Assembly: GCA_034434235.1 (NCBI GenBank)
Contig: DAOTZV010000129.1
Span: forward strand, 24,284-88,283
Source: Anaerolineae bacterium
GTDB lineage: Bacteria > Chloroflexota > Anaerolineae > CG2-30-64-16
Direction of reading: 5' to 3'
Length of the DNA stretch: 64,000 bases
Shown here: piece by piece, positions 46,210-53,528 of the stretch
Position numbering within the stretch: position 1 is the first letter of the stretch
Layout: each line of letters starts with the position of its first letter
Notes under the pieces: model-generated
Told to the model about the DNA's origin: nothing
The model's database searches: none
The model's input: only the letters and a program-made list of their open reading frames with translations
Position numbers and translations under genes: made by a program

Positions 46210-48135
46210 TTATAATATCGGAAACTCCGTAATTCGCAAGTTGGTGCATCCGTACGGGATCAGCGTTAGTTCTTCCGGCGGCCCGGAGACAGCGATCGGG
46301 CCGGCCGGCACGTCGGCGGCCGAGCCGTTTTCCATGCCCCAGTCGGGCACCCGCAAGCCCCGCACCGTCGCCGAGACCGGCGCGCCGTCGGGCGAGAAGG
46401 GCCGGTCGCCGAGCGGGTGCTCGTGGAAGGTCACATCTTGCGCCAGCGTCGCGGCCGAGACGGCCAGCGCGTAGTTCCACGGCGTCGTCGGATAGACCTC
46501 CCAATCCGCGTGCGGCAGCTCGCGATGCGGCAGGTCCTGGTTCACCTGTCGCCATTCCTCGCCGATCTTCAGCGCGTAGACCAGCGGCCCGCGCGCGATC
46601 GCTGCCGCGCCGTTGTACCCGGGCAACAACGTCGGCCGCATCGGCAGGGTCAGGATGATCTCCGTCGTCCCGGTCCACTCGCGTTCCAGCCGATGGAACG
46701 TCCCGGCCGTCGGCGCGATGGGTTCTTCCCCCTCGATCTGCAACCGACTCTCCTCCGCCCATGCCGGGATGCGCAGGAGCAGCGGGAAGCGCACAGGGCG
46801 GTCAACCGTCACCGTGAAGCGCAGCGTCTCGCGGAACGGATAGCCGGTGTCGAGCGCCACGTTCACGGCCGCGCCGCCGATCTGGGCAGCGACCGTCGAG
46901 GGCGCGTAAGCCACAGCCGCCAGTCCGCCGTCGGCCGTGCGCATCCACAAATGCGCGGCGAACTTGGGCCATCCCTGGCTCAGGTTGGCGGTGCAACAGC
47001 CGTAGTTTGGCTCCAGCCCGAAGATGTTGGCTTCCGGGCCGTTGCTGTTCCACGGCCGGCCGGCGCGGATAGAGCATTCGACCTGGTTGACCTGCTGGTC
47101 GTACTGGTGCGCCCACATATCGGGCGAGAAGGTGGCCGGCAGCGCGTTGAACGTCACCTGCTCCAGCCGATCGCCGAAGGCCGGGTCGCCCAGGATGCTC
47201 AGGAGGACTTCGAGCGAGTACATGAACTCCACCACCGCGCACAGCTCGGTTCCCTGCGTGGGACGCTTGCCCGCCAGGCATTCGTCGCCGGTAAACATGC
47301 CCGTGACCATGCCGTGATGCCGGTCCAGCCTGGCGATCATGTCGTAGGCCGCGAGCCGGTCGGCCTCTTCGCCCGTCAGCCGCCACCAGAGCGCCGGCGC
47401 CTTGACCGCCATGGCGTTGTTGACGACATGGCCCATGTAGGTCCACTGTCGGGGCGGGGTCGGTTTCGTCAGCGGCCAGCGTCGGAAGAAGTCGCGCCAG
47501 TTGAATCCCTGCGCGTGGAGCTTGATCGCCAGCTCGGCCAACCACTGCTTTGCGTTGTCCCCATCGGCTTTCTGCTCGGGCTCGCTGCGCTCCCACACCC
47601 AGTAGATGCTGATCAACGCCTCGAACCAGCGAAACATGGCCCAGTTGAAGAGCGGCGCCCGGTCAATGTGGCGTTCGATGCGGCGCAGGCACTTTTCGAC
47701 GGCCGGCGCGACGCGGCCATCGCCGGTCGCATCGGCGTACTGCGTGAGCGCCTTCAGGATCAAGAAGAGCGCCCAGAGGTCGTAGTGCTGAAGCGGGGTC
47801 GGGCTTTGGCCGGCCGTCCACACCATCTGGCCCGGCCCCAGCCAGCCGTCCTCGGCCTGGTGCTCCAGGATATAGCCGACGTAACGATGGACCTTCGCCT
47901 TCAGTGTCTCGTCGTCCAGCAGGAAGGCCAGCGGGATCACGCCGTCCAGCCAGTAAGGCGCACGTTCCCAGCCCTCGCGGTCGCCGCCGAACCAGCGGCT
48001 CTCCTGGATGTCGGGCCAGAACTCGTCGAGGTGGCCGCTCAGGCCGTCGGCCTGGATGCGCAGCTGGCGGGCCAACCAGCCCTGCGGCCGGACGCTGCCG
48101 AGGGGCAACGCTCGGAATACCGGAGGGAAAAGCAT
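46210..48135 (-). CDS. Six-hairpin glycoside hydrolase-like protein (GH127 / DUF1680 beta-L-arabinofuranosidase-like)
   Basis: N-terminal LPLGSVRPQGWLARQLRIQADGLSGHLDEFWPDI...GWERAPYWLDG block recalled from GH127/DUF1680-annotated proteins; 641 aa. Confidence 0.5.
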   Translation of the reverse strand: MLFPPVFRALPLGSVRPQGWLARQLRIQADGLSGHLDEFWPDIQESRWFGGDREGWERAPYWLDGVIPLAFLLDDETLKAKVHRYVGYILEHQAEDGWLGPGQMVWTAGQSPTPLQHYDLWALFLILKALTQYADATGDGRVAPAVEKCLRRIERHIDRAPLFNWAMFRWFEALISIYWVWERSEPEQKADGDNAKQWLAELAIKLHAQGFNWRDFFRRWPLTKPTPPRQWTYMGHVVNNAMAVKAPALWWRLTGEEADRLAAYDMIARLDRHHGMVTGMFTGDECLAGKRPTQGTELCAVVEFMYSLEVLLSILGDPAFGDRLEQVTFNALPATFSPDMWAHQYDQQVNQVECSIRAGRPWNSNGPEANIFGLEPNYGCCTANLSQGWPKFAAHLWMRTADGGLAAVAYAPSTVAAQIGGAAVNVALDTGYPFRETLRFTVTVDRPVRFPLLLRIPAWAEESRLQIEGEEPIAPTAGTFHRLEREWTGTTEIILTLPMRPTLLPGYNGAAAIARGPLVYALKIGEEWRQVNQDLPHRELPHADWEVYPTTPWNYALAVSAATLAQDVTFHEHPLGDRPFSPDGAPVSATVRGLRVPDWGMENGSAADVPAGPIAVSGPPEELTLIPYGCTNLRITEFPIL

Positions 48136-48138
48136 GTC

Positions 48139-48339
48139 TCAGTCCCAGATCGTTTGAATCTGACTGTCTCGAATCTTGCCGTCTCGGCTGACCAACGGAA
48201 CACCCAGGTTGACGGCGGTCGCTGCCTGCTGTCCCTGGGTCGTAGCTGCATCAATCTGTCGGTGTGCAGTCGGCGATAGCCGGGCGTCGGCGTGCAACAA
48301 CCAGATTATCGAGTGGGTGTCAAGCACCAACGCGATCAT
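48139..48339 (-). pseudogene. vapC: Truncated VapC-like PIN-domain toxin (66 aa; the N-terminal and C-terminal ends of a ~130-aa VapC)
   Basis: MIALVLDTHSIIWLL (PIN N-terminus with catalytic Asp) joined to ...LVSRDGKIRDSQIQTIW (PIN C-terminus); the middle is missing. Confidence 0.45.
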
Positions 48340-48599
48340 GACGCGTCCTCACGATCCCATGTCGCCCACAACTCGCGCCGCGTTTCATCCAGCTCGGCTG
48401 TAGACGCCACTGAGCCGCCGAGGTGACATAAGACGCCGTATAGCGACCCGGCCGAGGCCTGCGACCGCACGCTGTCTCGACGAATGGGGCGTTTTTGCAG
48501 TCTGAGCAGAGCGTGGTATTCCTCAATAGGCAAGATGACGCCGATCTGTTTGCCTGATGCATCCCTGATGTATTGTCTCGCCAGCCCAACATTGGACAT
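48336..48599 (-). CDS. vapB: Type II antitoxin (VapB/Phd-like)
   Basis: LARQYIRDASGKQIGVILPIEEYHALL is a typical antitoxin N-terminal fold; overlaps vapC by 4 nt; lower-GC region. Confidence 0.5.
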   Translation of the reverse strand: MSNVGLARQYIRDASGKQIGVILPIEEYHALLRLQKRPIRRDSVRSQASAGSLYGVLCHLGGSVASTAELDETRRELWATWDREDAS

Positions 48600-48729
48600 G
48601 ATAGCCTATCCTCCCGGTGTAAACATGCGTCTCTTTGGCTGATATTTACATCGGGGAAATTATACCTTTGGCCGACCCCGAAGTCAATGAAACGCTTGGA
48701 GACAGCGTACACGGGTGTTGTTTCATCGT

Positions 48730-49524
48730 TCACCCACCGAGCTGTTTGAGCACGCGCAGCGCGGCCGCCGCGTCCTCCCGAAAGTTCTCGGTGCGGGCCT
48801 CCACGCTCACCCGCGCCTGATAGCCGATGGCCTTGAGGTTGGCGAAGAACGACAGGAAGCCCGGTTCGACCGTCACGGGATAGGTGCGGGCCGGCGCGCT
48901 CGCGATGTGGATGTGCCGGATCGCATCCCGTGCTTCCAGCACGATGTCGGCCGATTCGCCCTCGAGCACCATGTGGTAGTAGTCAATCAGCAGTTGCACG
49001 GCCGGCCGGTCAACCTCACGCGCCAGCTTCAGTCCCTCGGCACCGGTGAGCACGATATTGGCCTCTTTCCGGTTCAGCGGCTCGATCACGATGGTGATCC
49101 CGTGCTCCTCGGCGATGGGCGCGGCGATGCGCATCGCCTGGACGATCTGCGCCCACGCCCGCTCATACGGAAAGCCCTCCGGCACGTTCTTGGCGCCGGC
49201 GCTGCCGAAGACGATCACCTGTGCGCCCAGCCGGGCCGCGCGGCCGATCGCGCGGCGATCGTAATCCTCTACCTGCGCCCAATCCACGTCCGGACCGGTC
49301 AGGCGCACGGTGCGCGGGTAGAAGACGCAACACGCCTCGCACGGGATGCCGGCCCGATCCAGGCGATCCACGACCGCCTGGAATTCCTCCTCCGGCAGAG
49401 CCGTCAGCGCGGCCAGGTAAAGCTCGACATAATCATAGCCGATCTCCGCGAGCTGCTCGATGTTCGGCGCGCGCGCGCCGTCCGGCGTGCGCGCCAGCGC
49501 GTCTACGCAACAACCGTATTTCAT
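48730..49524 (-). CDS. Sugar phosphate isomerase/epimerase (xylose-isomerase-like TIM barrel)
   Basis: Family-typical blocks DYVELYL, VIEPLNR and LIDYYHM; the start at MKYGCC overlaps the upstream stop (ATGA). Confidence 0.7.
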   Translation of the reverse strand: MKYGCCVDALARTPDGARAPNIEQLAEIGYDYVELYLAALTALPEEEFQAVVDRLDRAGIPCEACCVFYPRTVRLTGPDVDWAQVEDYDRRAIGRAARLGAQVIVFGSAGAKNVPEGFPYERAWAQIVQAMRIAAPIAEEHGITIVIEPLNRKEANIVLTGAEGLKLAREVDRPAVQLLIDYYHMVLEGESADIVLEARDAIRHIHIASAPARTYPVTVEPGFLSFFANLKAIGYQARVSVEARTENFREDAAAALRVLKQLGG

Positions 49525-50420
49525 GATCTTGTCCTCGCTTCCACTCCGGCCAGCTTCTCCAGCACGGTGATGACTGCCGTGTGATCCAGGTCGCCGCCGC
49601 CGGCCGCCAGGAGCGCCGCGAACAGCTCGTGCACCAGGCTCGTCACCGGCAGGGGCACGCCGTAATCGTTGCCCGTCTTCAGGATGATATTCAGGTCCTT
49701 GAAATGAAAGCGCGCCTTGAAGCCGGGCTGAAAGTCGCCCTGGATCACCTTTGGCCCGCGCACGTCGGCCACGCGCGACTGGGCGTAGCCGCCGCTCAGT
49801 ACCTTGTGGATGATCGCCGGATCTACGCCCGCCTTCGCGCCGAGCACCAACGCCTCGGCCATGCCGAGGATGTTCAGCGCCACCTGGATCTGGTTGCACG
49901 CCTTGACGATCTGACCCGCGCCGTTCGGCCCGCAGAGCGTGATCGTCTTGCCGAGCTTCTCGAAGATCGGTCGCATGGCCGCGAAGTCGTCCTCCGCGCC
50001 GCCGACCATGATCGAGAGGGTGGCGTTGATCGCGCCGACCTCGCCGCCGCTGACGGGCGCATCGAGACAGCGCACCCCCTTCGCCGCGAGTGCGTGCGCC
50101 ACCTTGACCGCGGCCGTCGGCGCGATGGTGCTCATATCGGCGTAAAGGACGCCGGGCCGCACGCCTTCGATCAGGCCGTCTGGGCCGAGCGCGACCGCCT
50201 CCACGTCGGGCGAGTCGGGCAACATGGTGATGATCACGTCGCTGCGCGCCGCGACTTCCCGCGGCGAAAAAGCCTCGGCCGCGCCCGCGGCAACCAGCGT
50301 CGCGACCGCCTGGCGGTTCAGGTCATGCACGACCAACGGATAGCCGGCCTTCAGCAGATGGCCGGCCATCGGCCGGCCCATGATCCCCAGTCCGATAAAG
50401 CCGATGGTAAGTGGTGTCAT
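49521..50420 (-). CDS. garR: NAD-dependent 2-hydroxy-3-oxopropionate (tartronate semialdehyde) reductase / 3-hydroxyisobutyrate dehydrogenase family
   Basis: IGFIGLGIMGRPMAGHLLKAG dinucleotide fold, catalytic Lys region (ADMSTIAP...KL), about 299 aa. Confidence 0.8.
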   Translation of the reverse strand: MTPLTIGFIGLGIMGRPMAGHLLKAGYPLVVHDLNRQAVATLVAAGAAEAFSPREVAARSDVIITMLPDSPDVEAVALGPDGLIEGVRPGVLYADMSTIAPTAAVKVAHALAAKGVRCLDAPVSGGEVGAINATLSIMVGGAEDDFAAMRPIFEKLGKTITLCGPNGAGQIVKACNQIQVALNILGMAEALVLGAKAGVDPAIIHKVLSGGYAQSRVADVRGPKVIQGDFQPGFKARFHFKDLNIILKTGNDYGVPLPVTSLVHELFAALLAAGGGDLDHTAVITVLEKLAGVEARTRS

Positions 50421-50444
50421 GGTGAACTCCCTTATGACAAGGTC

Positions 50445-51251
50445 TTACGCACTTTTTGCTCGCCGGCGGTCTGCGACCTCTGTCTGGCCGTCCAAGACGG
50501 CGCTTGCCTCTCGCCACATGATGATCTGCCGCGCAACTTCGACCACCGGCGCCGTCCAGATCTCGTTTCGGCGGCGGGCCAGGTGGCGGCACAGGGCGCG
50601 AAACGCGACCTCCGACAGGGGCAAGCTGCCGTCCCCCACATCGTGAATGGTGAAGATGACCCAGCGGCCCAGCTCGGCCGCCTGTTCCGCCAGGCCGACG
50701 AGGGTCGGCCCGGTCATGTGTTCGACGTTCCACGAGAAGAGGTAGGCCAGGTCGCACGTGGCGGGGTCGTTGTGGCCGAACTCGCCGCGGCCGCGGCCGG
50801 CGATGAAGAGCCGCGCGATCAACGGCACGTAGCTCTGTCGGGTTGGCCCCGCGCCGACATGCTCCTGGTAGCACGGATAGCAGAAGGTGAAGTCGGCCTG
50901 CTCCGGGATCGCCGCGCGCAGGCGACGGGACGCTTCTTGAATGTCCGCTTCCAGCTCGGCGAGGGTCAGCTCTTCCAGGCACGGCCGGCAGTTCGGCAAC
51001 ACCGAGCGCGTGCACGGATGCGCCAGCGTGTGGTTGCCGATCTCGTGGCCGGCGGCCGCCGCCTCGCGCCACGGCGCCAGGTCGGCGAGCCAGTTGTCTC
51101 CGCGCGGGTTCAGGTAGAAGGTGCCGGTCAGGCCGTGCTCGGCCAGGATCGGGATGGCCCGGCCGAGCTGCGACGGCCGGCCGTCGTCGAAGGTGAGCGA
51201 GACGGCACCCCGGCAGCCGCCGGGCCAGGGGGAAGATGCGGCCTCGGACAT
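50445..51251 (-). CDS. Polysaccharide deacetylase (NodB homology domain, carbohydrate esterase family 4-like)
   Basis: LTFDDG and HTLAHP motifs; start at MSEAASS after GAGGTG. The 565-aa track ORF upstream is an out-of-frame overlap with the transaldolase gene. Confidence 0.7.
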   Translation of the reverse strand: MSEAASSPWPGGCRGAVSLTFDDGRPSQLGRAIPILAEHGLTGTFYLNPRGDNWLADLAPWREAAAAGHEIGNHTLAHPCTRSVLPNCRPCLEELTLAELEADIQEASRRLRAAIPEQADFTFCYPCYQEHVGAGPTRQSYVPLIARLFIAGRGRGEFGHNDPATCDLAYLFSWNVEHMTGPTLVGLAEQAAELGRWVIFTIHDVGDGSLPLSEVAFRALCRHLARRRNEIWTAPVVEVARQIIMWREASAVLDGQTEVADRRRAKSA

Positions 51252-51274
51252 GAGCACCTCCGCTGGTGGCTGGA

Positions 51275-52309
51275 TCAGGGTCGGAACGCTTCCATCGGTC
51301 GCCAGCCGGCTTCGAGGAACTGCGTAAGGGTGCGCTGGGTGAGGCCGAAGGCGATGAACTCCTCCGGCCTCATGCCGTCCGGCTCGTAGGAGCGCACGAA
51401 CTCGGGCAGGCGACGCAAGCGCGCGATCACATCGGCGCCGATCGGCTCGTCTATTCCGCGGGCGCGGGGCACGCCATCCTGGAGCAACGTCGCCTGAACC
51501 GACGGGTGGATGGAGAGGATCAGGTCGGCGCCGACCAGGCCGAGCACGTGGTGGTTGCCGCGCAGCGCCGCGATCAGCAGCGTGGCCTCGTAACCGCGGG
51601 CCTTGTAAAGGTGATACGCGCGGCGGGCGGTCGCCAGGCCGGCGAGGCGCAGGTCGGCTTCCTCCACTCCGGCGCGCTGATCGAGCGCCATGTCGCGCAG
51701 GTAGTCGTCCAGCCGGCCGATCATCATGACCGCGAAGCAGCGGCCGGGCCGCACTCCGCCGGCGCGGGCGCGCGCCAGCCCGCGGCGGTAGCGCTCGGCG
51801 ACCGCGATGACCTGCGGCACGGTGAAGCTCACGGTCATGGTGACGGTGATCCCGTTGGCCGCGCATTCCTCCAGCACATCGAGTCCGGCCGCCGTGGCCG
51901 GCAGCTTGACCGCGATGTTGGGCGACCACTGCGCGAAGCGCTGCGCCATGGCGAACATGGCCTCGCGTTGGCCGGCCCATGCCGGGTTCACCTGCGCGCA
52001 GACATAGCCCTGGCGACCGGCCGTCTCCTCGTAGATCGGCAGCAGTTCGGCCGCCGCGTGGCCGACCACGACGCGCATCCACGCCTCGGCGCGGGCCTCC
52101 GGCGAGAGATCGGCCGGCAGGGGGCCGGCCGCCTGCGTCCACCGCTCGGCGCGGCTGCGCAGCGCCAGGCCGGCGAGCACGGGGTTGGTCGTCGCGCCGA
52201 CCGCGCCGTGCGCCAGGCCGCGCGCCAGCTCATCGGGATCGGCCGAGTCGTGCCACCAGGCGGTCGGCGTTTCCTGGGCCAACCATTGCAGATAGCTTGT
52301 TGGGCTCAA
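51275..52309 (-). CDS. tal: Transaldolase-family protein
   Basis: ATTNPVL motif near the N-terminus, Schiff-base Lys region (NIAVKLPAT), about 344 aa. Confidence 0.7.
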   Translation of the reverse strand: MSPTSYLQWLAQETPTAWWHDSADPDELARGLAHGAVGATTNPVLAGLALRSRAERWTQAAGPLPADLSPEARAEAWMRVVVGHAAAELLPIYEETAGRQGYVCAQVNPAWAGQREAMFAMAQRFAQWSPNIAVKLPATAAGLDVLEECAANGITVTMTVSFTVPQVIAVAERYRRGLARARAGGVRPGRCFAVMMIGRLDDYLRDMALDQRAGVEEADLRLAGLATARRAYHLYKARGYEATLLIAALRGNHHVLGLVGADLILSIHPSVQATLLQDGVPRARGIDEPIGADVIARLRRLPEFVRSYEPDGMRPEEFIAFGLTQRTLTQFLEAGWRPMEAFRP

Positions 52310-52316
52310 GGTGTCC

Positions 52317-53513
52317 TCACCCGCCGAACGTCTTGCGCATCTTGTCGCAGTAGTATTGCACGTTTTCCCATTTGGCGTCGGGCGCCAGGCGATGGTCGGG
52401 ACAGGGGATGTAGCCGCCCAGCTCGACCAGCGGCTTCAGGCGCTCGATCTCGGCGTCTATCGCCGCGTAGTCATAGGCGAACACCCGCTTGTCCATCCCG
52501 CCAACCCCTCGCAGCTCGGGGCCGTATTTCGCCCGCCAGGGCGCGATGCTGGCGCCCCAGGTGCCCACTTCGATGGGGAACATGGTGTTGACGCCGTTCT
52601 CGAACCAGGTAGGGATCAGCGCATCTATCTTGCCGTCGCAGTCGAGCGACACGATATGGATGCCGTGCCTGTTCAGCAGGTCGGTGATGCGCCGATAGTG
52701 CGGCCCCACCTTCTGCTTGAACACCTTCGGGCTGACGAGCGGGCCGCTCTTGAAAGCAATGTCCTCCCAGAAGTGGCCGAAGTCCCAGTTGTCGCCGTAG
52801 ACTTCCAGCGCTTTCTCGGTGGCCCAGTAACACAGATCGGCGAAGGTCACGATCATCTCATCGAAGAGCGCCGGGTCATCGGCCTGGAGGTAGGAGAGGT
52901 TGATCATGCCGACGATGTCGCGGATGCGGCCGTAGAGGCTGCCGCACATCAGGCCGAGGGGCCGCTCCCGGTCGGTGCGTTGCACCTCGTCTATGAGATC
53001 GCGGACATGGGTGCGGAAGCGGCGCCGGGGGTCATCATCCTCGCGGCCGACCTGCAGATCGCCGATCACCGGCTCGGGCCTGTAGATGCGCCGCTCGTCG
53101 GGTTGCAGCCGCGGCTTGAAGAGCTCCTCCCATTCCTTGCGGCCCTTGAACAGGTGGTCTATCTCGGTAGGGATGCCGGTCGCATCGTCCTTCTGGAGGA
53201 TGATCACGCCGTCGGCGTTGATCTCCTTGCGGGTGCCATCGGGCAAGACTTCGAGCACCTTCTGCTCGAACGGCGGCAGCAGATTGGTGTAGACGCCGAA
53301 GACGTGATACCAGTTGAAGTCGAAGCCGAGCTTTGCGCCGATGGACAGGTCGGCGGCGTTGCCGTCGGCCCAGGCGGCCGCCTCTTCCCTGGTGATGTGC
53401 CCTTCGCGGGCCCATTTGTCGAGCGTCTCGTTCCAGAAGCCGAAATGGACGACGGGCATGCGGTCGTAAGGCTGATAGTTGAGGATGGCCAGTGCACGTT
53501 CTCGATTGTTCAT
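52317..53513 (-). CDS. Uroporphyrinogen-decarboxylase (URO-D) family protein (MtaA/CmuA-like, non-heme role likely)
   Basis: C-terminal ...GGYIPCPDHRLAPD and the overall ~400-aa architecture of URO-D-like enzymes. Confidence 0.55.
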   Translation of the reverse strand: MNNRERALAILNYQPYDRMPVVHFGFWNETLDKWAREGHITREEAAAWADGNAADLSIGAKLGFDFNWYHVFGVYTNLLPPFEQKVLEVLPDGTRKEINADGVIILQKDDATGIPTEIDHLFKGRKEWEELFKPRLQPDERRIYRPEPVIGDLQVGREDDDPRRRFRTHVRDLIDEVQRTDRERPLGLMCGSLYGRIRDIVGMINLSYLQADDPALFDEMIVTFADLCYWATEKALEVYGDNWDFGHFWEDIAFKSGPLVSPKVFKQKVGPHYRRITDLLNRHGIHIVSLDCDGKIDALIPTWFENGVNTMFPIEVGTWGASIAPWRAKYGPELRGVGGMDKRVFAYDYAAIDAEIERLKPLVELGGYIPCPDHRLAPDAKWENVQYYCDKMRKTFGG

Positions 53514-53528
53514 GGGACTCCTCTCTGA

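Noticed and set aside
46417-48279. 620-aa plus-strand ORF antisense to the GH127-like gene
   Set aside because: Compositional ORF; the minus frame has a conserved glycosidase N-terminus and coding-like periodicity.
50445-52142. 565-aa track ORF suggesting one large protein spanning the polysaccharide deacetylase and transaldolase
   Set aside because: The N-terminal ~300 aa is an out-of-frame overlap of the transaldolase gene (Arg/Gly/Pro garbage); the real CDS starts at MSEAASS (51251).
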